A stretch of DNA of 62,285 nucleotides, counting the filler, from Thelocarpon superellum (Eukaryota), in the NCBI GenBank assembly GCA_026025795.1. It is 6 parts of 6 records of this genome, joined end to end, with 100 filler letters (N's around TTAATTAATTAA, not from the genome) between each part and the next. Parts side by side here need not be neighbours in the genome. Positions count along the whole stretch, not along the records: positions 20,959 to 31,256 come from JAPEUG010000532.1; positions 31,357 to 41,624 come from JAPEUG010000534.1; 4 more parts are not named here. One strand, written 5' to 3'. This document shows, one piece after another, positions 24,101 to 35,311 of this stretch. How positions within the stretch are numbered: position 1 is the first letter of the stretch; the number at the start of each line of letters is the position of its first letter. Made by a program: the position numbers and the translations under genes. Under the pieces are notes generated by a model. The model searched no databases, was not told where the DNA came from, and saw only the letters and a program-made list of their open reading frames with translations.

Positions 24101-25551
24101 CCAGGATCCTTGGCCGGCCCCATTATGCCATGCGAGCGCTCGCCTGGCAACGAATGGGAACAAGGGCGACGCCGAATGTCCTGGCCCATGGCACACACCC
24201 TCCCCGATGCACACTCTTCGCACTCGCAAAGAAATAGACCACAGGCTCATGTGCACCCACCAACACGCCCAGGCAGGACTCGCGCACACTTGCGACGTGC
24301 ACCTTGCGCACCAAGGGCTGGGTCTAAAGCTTGCTGCTCGCTTAGCCCTCCGCGGACGAGCGCCAGCCACCCGAGCTACCGTGGGAGGCCCTGCCATAGC
24401 TCGAGACACACCCACACGCACCAGAGGCACACGGTCCTTCACCGATGGGGACCACCATACCAGACCATGCTCACCCCTCCTCCCCCGTCACTTTCGCTTC
24501 GCTTCGCCTCTCCACCCCCCCAACCAGGCGGTAGGGCGTCACGGATCACTCTCGCGGCCTGTGCGCACCCAGCACCCCTTCCTTCGTGCGCCCCCCGGGC
24601 CGTCAAACTCGCGACGACGGTCGGCCGCGACGCACGATGCGCTCTGGTCGCCGTGGGTCTCGGCTCACGGTCAATGGGTGATAGTGCAGGTGGTGGTGGT
24701 GGGAGTGCTGGTGGCGCGGCCATGACCGACCTCGAACAGCCCCCCGGGGTCAGAGTTGTTCATGCAGCGCCCCACGTGTAGACTGCAGATCGTCTTGTTC
24801 CTTTCCCCAGTGGAGCCAATCAATCGTCGGGACCTGGCGTATCGGCCCCAAACCTGGTTTACCTTTGAACTTGCCCAGAGGCGGTCTTCCGCATCGTCCT
24901 CTTTGTCACGCCGTTATATTACTGCATCTAGATCGAAGCATCTCCCTGACTTGCAGCGGCGCCATACTCCGACGGGCTTGGTTGATCGCCCCGTCATGAA
25001 CTCCACCGCCGCTCCATTTCCACCGCGCTCCTTGCCCACCCACCCCCGGCCCCCTGCTCGTCCGAACACCGCCGACTGGAGCACCTGCAGCGGGCCTGAC
25101 GACGTGCGTGGTAAATCCGACGGGGACCAACTCGTACCTCTCCTCCTCCTCCTCCTCCTCCCCCCGGTCCCCCCCCCCCCCCTTCCCCCCTCCCACCTCG
25201 GCCCACCGCCGACACTACCCTTGCCTCCGAGCGCGAGCGCGACCCTCGATGCGCCTAGCCTCGAGCTAATGTTGGCTTGGAACATTCTGTATCTCTTCCT
25301 CCTCGATGGTTCGCTTCCCCGTGCGGTACATATAGATGTCCCACGAACAGCCACTCGTTCATGCGCCCTGCCCCCTCTCGAGCTGTCCCGGTTCTTCCCC
25401 TCCATCCAAGCGGTCCTGCACAGCATCCTACCTCGCATATATGATTGACGGCCTTCAATGCTTTTCCGCCCCGCTCGACCTTCTCCTCGTCCGTAACGTG
25501 AGCTTCCTCCTCGCGCCGCTGCCGACCTGAGCTCTCTAGCCTCGTCGATTG

Positions 25552-27161
25552 ATGGCTGCTGGGCGACGATTGAGATTACAACCTAAGAGTAGCATGCAAC
25601 CGACGTCCCTCATCCTCCCCGCCGACACCTCCGCCGTATCGGTATCGGCCGTCGGAGCCCTCTCGTCGCCTGAGCCTACCACGCAGACGCCCTTGAGTGC
25701 CGCCAGTGCAGTTAGTGCCGTCAGTGCCGTCAGCGCCGACAATCCCCTGCCCGCCTTCACCAAGGACATTGATCCTTTCCCCTTGGGCATCCCAGCTCCG
25801 CCGTTGACCGTCGTGCCGGTTCACCGACGTCGCCGCTCCTCCAAGCTTAACATGCCTGCCATCATCAAACGCTCCGTCTCCACGCCCAATGTGCGCGGCC
25901 AGGCTGCCGCCGATGCTGCCGCCTTGTCCCTTGCTGCGGACAAGCGGCGCAACAAATTGGGCTATCATCGAACGTCCGTCGCGTGTGGTAAGTCCTCGCG
26001 CATGTTCGGCGCGTGTCCCGTCCTCACGCGGGACGCGCGCCGTGATCGACGACGACGTGAATCGTGGCTGACCTGGGGGGACGTAACACAGGCCATTGCC
26101 GACGACGCAAGATCCGCTGCCTCCTGGCGCCGGAAGACCCCACTGGCCGATGCCTGAACTGCATCCGGCTGAAGAAGGAATGCAACTTCTTCCCTGTGGA
26201 CCAGCAGCCGCCGCAAGGCCCGGGCAGTCGCGCTGGCTCCAAGACGGACCGGTCGTCCGCCAACAATTCCTCGTCCTCGTCGCCGTCGCCGCCCTTGCCA
26301 TCCGGCCCGGTGCACGACCACACCAGCGCCTTCAACCAGTACGCCGCGATTCCACTTCCGCCGCAGCACGAGTACGCGCTCCCCGCCGACGGACGTCCGG
26401 TCAATGGTGCGGCCTCGTCCTTCAATGGCCCGAGCTCCCGGTTGCACTCGATCGCGCGGGCGCAGAAGCCGCACCTGGCCCATATGGAGACGGCACCCAC
26501 GTCGCGAGGCTTGGAGTTTGCCAACGGCGATCGGCGCACGTCGACCTGGGACGGGTCGCCCTACGACCAGTCCCCCGTGTCGGGCGAGCCTCGGTCGGCG
26601 ATTGAAGATCCCTCGACCAGCTTCTGGCGCCTGGCCGACTCGCCGATGACGCCGGCCTTCTCCTATGGTGGTCCGTCCCCGGTGACGCCCATGCACCAAC
26701 GCGATGGCCAGGGCACGTTCTTTAGCGGGCCACGGGAGGACGTGGCCTGGCCTCTACCGTCATCCCGGTCCATGTCCGTTGGGCACTTTGACGGCTACCC
26801 GCGAGATTATGCGAGCCACTACAACGTCCAGCCCGAATACAAACACACCCAGCCCACGAGCATCTACCCTCCGTCGCTCAACACGAGCAACATCTCGATG
26901 AGTACCATCTCCGAGCCACCGTCCGCTGTCACAGAGGGTCCCGGGTCGACCTTGTCCTCGGCCTTTGGCTCGCAGTCGGGCTGGAATCCCAGCTTCGTCG
27001 CCAACACCATGAACGGGGTGTCCGGCAAGGGCGCCGAAGGATTCGGTGGCTGGTACTCGGAGCCCGGCCACCTCGCTCAGGTTGACGAGGAGGGACCCGG
27101 CCTGCACTTCCCCGAGGAGTCGCCCATCATCTTCCAGCAACCAGCGCAGAGCGCTGTTTGA
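25552..27161 (+). CDS. Zn(II)2Cys6 transcription factor without an obvious middle homology region
   Basis: KRRNKLGYHRTSVAC|GHCRRRKIRCLLAPEDPTGRCLNCIRLKKEC after removing intron 25988-26091; rest is Ser/Pro-rich. Start uncertain (25552, 25594, or a spliced upstream exon). Confidence 0.92.
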
Positions 27162-30100
27162 AGCATGATCGTCGTCCCCGACGGCGAGACGTGTGCAGCA
27201 TCGCGGCGACCCTCCCGAGCCGAGCGGCCTTCCATCTCGCCCACGAGACGGGGTGCGTTCGCGTGTTCGGGACGGGTTTGCATCACGCGTCGAGTTTGAC
27301 CACTCGACGCGCGCCTCCGTGGCATCCTGTGGGTGCTACACGGTACGACGCTGGGCCATGCGGCCGGCTCAGCTCCGCTCCCTCCACCTCATTCATCGCC
27401 ATCCTCATCCCCATTCTCATCATCGGCATCAGCGCACTCCTCAAGCCTGATCGGTCGCGTCTGCCCCGGCGCAGGACGAGCACGTGTCGGAGCAAGTGTA
27501 CAACACGCCAAACACTGTCTCTCGAACGGTTTTCCTTCTCTCATCCTCTTTACCCAACGGCGTCGCATGGCTCGAAAGTCTTTTTGATGGCATGAATGCG
27601 TTTCTCTAATGTTGTGTGCGGCCCGCACATTTGTCCTGAGATGTGGTTGAACCGTGCGACTTCCGTGCGTGTCTTCGCCGTCTTGTCCCTGTCCGCGCGT
27701 CTCTTTCCTGTCTTTCCAGTCCGGGCCGCCGAGTGACGACCTATTCTTGTAATATACCTCATGACGTCTGATGTACGCTGGTTGGGGTCTGTTGCGCAGT
27801 AACGGCGAATACAAAATCACTTGCACTCCACCAATCCGGTCCAGTTGCAACGAGAACTTCGCATCTGCTCAATGTGCAAGCGACGGCAATCCCGCCTTGT
27901 ATAGCGGGAAGATTGGCCGTCATCTGAAAAGACGCGACACATCCCCAGATATCTAGTAGACGTGTTGCACGTCGGAAACAATTGTCATCGAAGTTACTCT
28001 GCACGCAAGCAAAACGTCTGAGGCGATCGTCGCTGCAATGTACTGAATCGTTCGTTTGCCCACTCGCAGGCAGGCAGGTCGAATCATTCTCCAACAGGTT
28101 CTCTAGTGAAGATCTGCGCGACGCACATCCCATCTCCGCATCACGTTTACCCCGCCGAGCTCTCAATTCCAGCTGCCGCCGCGTGCTCGCTGCATGTAGT
28201 ACAAGCCGCGTGCAGTAGTACTGGTGGCGGTACACTTCGGAAAGACGAGAGCGATGTACAGGATATGACGAGTCGACGCTACGGAACGTTGTAACATTGC
28301 ACGGCATACAGATTCGACGTGTCCTTGTACGACTTGACTTGACTTTCCCCAGGGGCGTCTCTGTGCCAAGATGCGGGGCAAAGGTGGGGAGATGCTTCTT
28401 GATCGGACACCGGTTGATATCACAAACGGATGTAGCGGGGAAGATGCACTAATGCTCTTCGACATCAAATCCGATAACCGTCGGGACACCGGCGCGTAAA
28501 CACATGTGCCTCGGGATTTGAGACGAGGTTATTTTTTTAGCGATTCTGATGAGCTGCATCCCGAGACTGGAGAGTTATGGCCTTTGGCAGTCTTGTTGCT
28601 TTTGCATCTTCTTGAGAGGGGGCGTATTGGTGGCATCTGTGGACGGATATGGCATATCTTGCCAGCGCCACGGAAGATGAAGTCTCGGTAGATGAGCCTT
28701 CCTGCTGGGCGTAGGTTGCAGTGCGTGTTGCGGTCACCGGCTCCGGCCTGCGCTTGACGAATGCTGTCAAGCTCGAAGCCATGCGAGTTGGAACGGAGTA
28801 CGGGCGTGTGTTCGTGACCTTAGGAGGGCGGGACCCGAAGACCTTGCGTGATGTGTCGCCCATGTCATCGTTAAGAGGAGGTGCCCCAGGAGCCCTAGAG
28901 ACGAGGTGTCTAGAGACGAGGTACTTACAGATGAGGTGCCCCCAAAAAGGAAGTGCCTCGAGGATGAAGGGGCTCCTAAGAGGTACTCAGAGTGGAGGCA
29001 CCCCAGAGAGCGAGAGAGTCCGCCCAAGAGGTACCTGCAGAGGAGACGCCGTCGGAGGGAAGGAGTGACTGGCAACTTGACAAGTGTTAGCCAAGTGGAG
29101 GTCAAGCGTTGAAGATGTGTCTCGGAAAGGAGCAGGGAGTCATCGATGCTCTTCCCGTCCACTTCGGCCGTTCAAGCTTGTGTACGCTATCCATCGAGGA
29201 AGAAGTGGGGACGCACCATCGCAACTATTCATGACCCAGACCAAACACTAGGTATTTAGAGAAATGAGAATCAGGCATCAGCTCCGTGTGGGACCGCAGA
29301 GGGTGTAGAACCGTCAACCCCGCTCAAATCCGCCTCTTCCGGAGGGGAGGCGGGAGAGGAAGGTCGGAGGGAAATAGAAGGAAGCTGACTCCATCACTCC
29401 GAGTGACCCGAACCTGGTGTTAAGGCACGAGTGCCAAAAAGCGCATCGAGGATGGTGCCCTGGTTTCCGAGAAGGTATCACACCAAGCACCGATGCACCA
29501 TATGTTGGGAATGTGCATGCCTGCGGTGGATGTGCCGATGGCGATCAACTGAATCTGGTCTTCGAAGACCGCCCCACAGCTTACCCTGTGATCGCCTTAT
29601 GATCTGAAAATCTCCATGAATTTCAAGAGCTCCTGCAACGCACATCTAAGTAGCACTCGATCGTAGATGAGAATGGTGTCGGAAGAGAAGTTCTAGCTAC
29701 CGATATTAGGTACGGACTGAGGTAGTTGCGTGGTCTCGTAGGTATAACCTTGATCGCTCACTCTAATGCCCTCAATGAAACGGATGCCGTCAACGTACAT
29801 GGGGTGTGACTGTACGTCGACGGTAACACTTACGTACCCTTCTCGAGAGCAAGGACCAAGAAAAGCTAATCCATCCTCCAATCCGGCAGTCTGATTGAGA
29901 TGATGGTGTCCTGCCTCCTCTTTGGCTTCAACAGCTGGCACGGGCCTCCCCGATGCATGTAGCCTGCATGCACCCCCCTTCCCCCCTACATACGCACGTA
30001 TCCTTGCACACCCACCTCTTGGTGGCATCAGTGTGTCTTCTACTCCGCGCCCTGCTTGCGCGTGGGCCCATCAGGTGCCGGGATTAGAATGCCTGAGCTC

Positions 30101-31037
30101 CCCCGTCTTTCGCTCGAAAATGTCCACGGACGTACGTCCAGATGTAGTCACGAGCCACGGGTTTGGACCACGGGTGACGTTTCACACCGTTTCACTCTCC
30201 CCTCATCACTTGTGGAGGCTGGATGTCCACCGCCAGTTGCAGAGGGATGCGACTTAGTGGAATAGCCATTTTCGTATGTTACGCCCCAAGTGGACGCCAT
30301 TTCTCCTGGAGATACGGCCATTGACGCTATTGGTAAAGGCAGGCCACTCCAATCGACGGTAATGCCGTCAGAGGTGGTACAAGAGTCGGCCCGACAGATG
30401 CTGGATCGATCGCCCGGCCGTAGCGGAACATTCGGCGACCGTCTTGACACCTTGACTACGATGGCTTCGCGCGATTATTGGAGCCGATCTCGTAAGGAAG
30501 GGCCAGATCTACGATTTATTTTATGGTAGCGCGTTTTTCACGGCACTTCGTGTCGGTGATGCCTATTGTAACCGGTTGACGTGCCGTGCGGTGAGGTCCG
30601 AATACTTACCCTTAGCATGTGAAAGCTGCTGAGTCATGACAGTTGGTCCCCACCACCGGTCGCAGGCCGGGATGAAACCGAGATCGGTGAGTTGTCGCGC
30701 TGACATGGTACACGTTGCCCTTCCGACTGAAGAAAAAGTAGAAATTATCTGGTGGCGACGGGAGGGTGGAAGAATTTTCAAGGTCGGACGACGACGACTG
30801 AGTAACCCATCCGCAGGCGTTGGTGAAATTCCTGATGGAGGGCTGAACGGCCTTTGGGTTGGACGAGACACGACCGATGCAGGAGATGATCTCGTGCCAG
30901 TTGTCCGGAATCGTCCTGGGACACGGCGGAGGCATGGGGCAAGATTTGCTTTTGCCTCGATGTCTCGCCCTAGCTTCTCTCCCCACCATAACGCGCGCAT
31001 GGGGAAACAAGCACTGAGGAGTGGTGTGGGTAGAGAG

Positions 31038-31088
31038 CGGAGGGGTGGAGGGTGGAGGGTGGAGGGTGGGGGGTGGAGGGGGGAGGGA
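31038..31088 (+). repeat. G-rich (GGAGGGT)n repeat, G-quadruplex-competent
   Basis: Seven runs of three or more G separated by short loops. Confidence 0.7.
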
Positions 31089-31256
31089 TGCAGTCATGAT
31101 TTACGACGACTACCGCTGATGCCCCAATCGCTGCGTGGACGAGGGCATCAGCGCAAGCTCATTGGCCGCGTTGACGGAGCCCACTTCAACCCCATCGGCA
31201 GTGTTCGTTGCTAACAGACACAATTAAGGTGTCAAGGCCGACGGCCCTGCATGGCG

Positions 31257-31356
31257 NNNNNNNNNNNNNNNNNNNNNNNNNNNNNNNNNNNNNNNNNNNN
31301 TTAATTAATTAANNNNNNNNNNNNNNNNNNNNNNNNNNNNNNNNNNNNNNNNNNNN
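31257..31356. other. Artificial contig spacer
   Basis: 44 N + TTAATTAATTAA + 44 N. Confidence 0.98.
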
Positions 31357-32490
31357 TTCGAGACCACGGCTTTCCCTGGAACGACTCGACTGATAGCAGC
31401 ATCCACCGCTACATAACTATATGCAGAGTGTTCATGGAGCGGACCGTTTCGGTCTCCGTTGCTCTCGCGCGCATCGGCGTGTCCTTCCTAGGGTTTGGCG
31501 ATGCTGAGTACGTCGCAGGATAACGACTTGTGCCTTCTCAAGACGCGCCGGACATCTGCCTCGGGTATGTGGTCCCCGAGAAGGAATGCTGGTGGGATGC
31601 CTCCTCCCTCTCGAGTGCTGAGGGCACCTTTGCCCTCTACGGTTTCGGTGCTGCAGTGAGAGCGCGAGGCATTGAAGCACTTGATATACGGACCAGTGCT
31701 GAGTCCATGGGCTCGTGGATTGGCCTTCCCGAAGGTCTCCCAAGAACCTTCCGGCTCTGCAGCAAGGTCAGGGTGGAGCCTTTGCGCCTGCTCTCACTTT
31801 TGTTCTCTCGCAGTCCGATTTCTTCGCCTCGCTGACCCTGGAAGGGCTGTTCAATGATGTCGCTGGCGGTGCCTGACGACGGCGAGGCTCGGACGATACG
31901 GGAGACGGCTCTATGGTACGCGGATGTTCCACCAGCATTTGTCGAGCTCAACGAATCGCATTTCAGTGGACACTCCACCCCGCTATCTGGCTACGGTTCA
32001 CGCTCTTACGCCTTAATTGGTGGTGCTGACGGCCATTGCGAGGGCTTTGTCGCTCAGATTGAGGTCACCATGGTCGATTCGGCCATCATTGACATCCGAT
32101 TTCTATACCATCACAATGCTCCTATACCGCCAGAGCAACTAGGGCGGCAGAGGCCTTACAACGACCAGAAGCATCAAGCGCTCACCATTGATGGTGAGCG
32201 CTTGTTGCGGAGGAGAGGTCATCACCGCTGTCGACATTTACCTTTGGCACATGAACCCACGAGATGTCACCGGCCACCCATGATTCGCAATGCTCGAATC
32301 ATTCGAGGTTTGAGCCCCTACCATTGCTACCGTAATGGAATTATGTCTCTCTGCCAAGATTCACACAAATCGCGGGAGGACCGGAGTCTATGAGCCTCCA
32401 TCGCCCCTCCTTGGGACACGCGCTGCCTTCAGGAGCACAGTGGTCAGGCCAGAGAGCCGCATCATTGGCTTCTACATAAGTCAGGTCACG
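31357..32490 (+). pseudogene. Disrupted gene of a fungal F-box-associated family (DUF7600-like), 3' part
   Basis: Recalled family-like motifs YVAG*RL..ICLGY, ALWYADVPP, IGGADG, IDG..GGEVITAV, IHTNRGR. In-frame TAA 31521-31523, frameshift near 32195-32208, in-frame TGA 32281-32283. Confidence 0.65.
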
Positions 32491-33570
32491 AAATGCTCTT
32501 GTCATTTGAGTTCTTGTGCTAAGCCGCCCCCTTGCTCCGTTGCAGGGTACCCACCGTATCAAGACTCTAGGCTTTATCTCTGAAAAGAAGTAAACCTCCA
32601 CCTTGTTGGCCGAGTCATGGGCGGTGGCGGCGACGGGGACGATGAGGAAGCCTCGTAGTTCGCCAGCAATTGGTTTGTATCCAAGTTTGCGACGTTTGGT
32701 CTGGTCTGGTCTCGGCTTACCCACCCACACGCCCATCATAGTAGCGTTGAAGCGTTTTCCGCAAAAGGACATTCATTGTACGCCATGCCAAGCTTACAAC
32801 CACCTCCCGGTCCCCTGCCCTCAAAACCTGGCAAGTGGCCTTATCCACGCATCGGAGCCGAGCGGGAACGCAATGAGTACAGTAGGGTAGAACTACCTAG
32901 CTGGGTCGACGCGCAAGGCTGCTACTCTTCTGAAGTAAAGCTCGAGCCAGTACAAAGGACGACGGAGCATTTACGACGAGCGTGTGGATGGTGGACCGCA
33001 TCTATGCTGTCTCTGTATGAACCCAGGCCGCAAAAGGACCAAAGCAGTGACATCCAGCAAAAACGACGAGCTCTGTTTTGTGTGAAGGTCGGGACGGGTT
33101 GACCGGTCACGTGGAATGCCATTCACGTGATGGAGGCTGCGTCGCTAAGGAGGAGCTTCATGTTGCTTGGGCGAGAGGCCGGCTAGCCAGCGACCTACAC
33201 CCACCCTCAAGGTAGGAACCCAGCCTACTGCCGGGGACCCTGTCAGAGTCTCCCGTTCAGAGGCAGCATCGGGACCGCATGAAGATCATCCAAGCTCGGA
33301 TCATCTCACTACGGGTAGCTTTGATCATCTCACAGCTTGGAATAGGATAATGCCTCATGCTTCAGAGGTCCAAGCACACTCCGGAAAATGGCCAAGAGAG
33401 ACCGTCGTGGGCGCACCATGTTACCAGATATAGACATCAGCCAATAATCCCCCTGCGTCATTTAGAGGTCCAAGCAATTATCTGGTAAGGTGGTGCAGGC
33501 CAAGCCCGATCCGAAATTGCCGCAGGTCAAACTCCATGCAATCTCCTCCAAGGCGCGTTGGTGCAAGACC

Positions 33571-33576
33571 TATAAA
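33571..33576 (+). promoter_or_regulatory. TATA box of the small secreted protein gene
   Basis: TATAAA about 100 nt upstream of ATG 33670, followed by a pyrimidine-rich leader. Confidence 0.6.
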
Positions 33577-33669
33577 TGCGGTTGCATCTATCAGCTCTCA
33601 CCCTCTGCACTTCAGCTCGCTTTTCTTCACTCGCTCGTCAACCATCCGCTCGCCTTTCCACACATCAAC

Positions 33670-34131
33670 ATGCTTTCTCTTGTGTCCGTCAGGATGTTTT
33701 CCCTCGTGTCCTTCCTTCTCGCTGCCTCCGCCTTTGCCGCTCCGTCTCCCGATTCGGGAGCAGGCGGCGTGTGTAATGGCCAACCCTATGTCTCGAGTGC
33801 GGTAAGGAGATGCAACCCACGCGATTGTGCTGGTGACATCGCTAAAGGACCATAGCAAACGTGCTGGACCGCCAACGACACCGTGACCCAGTCCGACGGG
33901 AGCTCGCAAGTCGTGGTCCACGAGTATCTCTGCAGCGTGCCCTACCTGGGTTGCGCCTACAACCAATGCTACGATGCATCCGTGTCTGAGTGCTTCTACA
34001 GCAATGCCCTCTGCACCCGTCCCGACAAGCGTTGCGGCCCGTCCTGCTACAACGAGGACCAGTACACTTGCAATAATGGTCACTTGACGCCCACAAGCAA
34101 CCTTACGGGCAGTGGTACAGGCACTAGCTGA
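33670..34131 (+). CDS. Small secreted Cys-rich protein with CBM52 (Carb_bind)-like repeats, 2 exons, 135 aa
   Basis: Signal peptide (M)FSLVSFLLAASAFA-AP; intron 33802-33855 (GTAAGG..CATAG); 10 Cys in units such as CYDASVSECFYSNALC and CGPSCYNEDQYTCNNGHL. Confidence 0.85.
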
Positions 34132-35311
34132 GCGTGGCAACTGTGTTGACGGTGGTGAAGTGCGCACTCCAAGCCATATCGGCGTGGGGATGGACCACCT
34201 CATCGTCGGGACTGGGATTGGAAGGGTTGGGGGAGGTACAATACAGTGGAGAACCGTCGAATGGAAACATACTCTAATGTCTGCCATTTATAATAAAACT
34301 GCACCTTTTCGGAAAACTTCAACTTGTCCCGTTACTGGAGGTTGAGGAGAGTGCCTCGATTACGTGTCCGAAATGCCGGGGGAGAGCGCCTCGATAGTTG
34401 CGTAGTTGTTGGTGTCCGGCAGGAGCGCCTCAATAATATCTTTGATTATTGTCAGTCGAGCTACAGGAGCGCATCGAGTCGCCTTTAGACCGGATTGCGC
34501 GTGAAATTGATTGGGGTCGGCTATCTGGTGGTCGACTATCTGGTGTGGCACCTTTCGAGCTCCGTGATGGCGATCGACACCAACGTCTCTCAACTCGCCC
34601 TTCAGAGATAGGCACTAGGCCTGGCATGGGCAGTGAACTGCTCTCTAGAAGTCTGGCCGCTCCAAGCTTGGCCTCTTGATCTTAGGCCTTGGACTGGACC
34701 GTGTGGAATTGGTAGGACAGAACTGTCGCTATGATTCCGGCCCGAAGAAGTCAACGTGGGCAACGTAGAGTGAGACCTGGCATTGCGTACAACTGCGAAA
34801 CAATCCCTCGGTACATGCTCATCGACCCACTCCTCCGAGATCAGTTGAAGACACTCGAGCACGGTTCGAGGAGGCAGCATCCACGGCACGACGTGGGGAG
34901 AAAGTTCTTGTCACGTTAGATGCGAATCGATAGTCAACGATGCGCGGTTATCGAATGACATAACCAGCCCGTCAACATCGCACATTCGTGCTTTGCGGTG
35001 GAGTATGACGCTACTACTATTAGTAATAGTAGCGCAGGTGAAGGACGAGTATTGGTGGGGTCGACGCGACGACCAGCCAGATCGAAGTGCGCGGCACGGG
35101 GGACGATTACCACCGCTTGCATCAAACTTGGAGCCCCCCAAACGCCGTGTCCACACGCGTCGCTGCTCGGCGATTGGGATTTACGCGACGGCCACCCACA
35201 ACACCGCGTCCCACCACCTGACGATCAACGAGCAAAGGACACGACAGGGCATATCTCACCTTCTACATCCTGATCCAGGACTTCTCATGAGGTCAATGCA
35301 ATTCACCGCCG

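Noticed and set aside
23828..24781. 317-aa ORF upstream of the Zn2Cys6 gene
   Set aside because: Arg/Pro/Ala-rich with no motifs; expected by chance at high GC.
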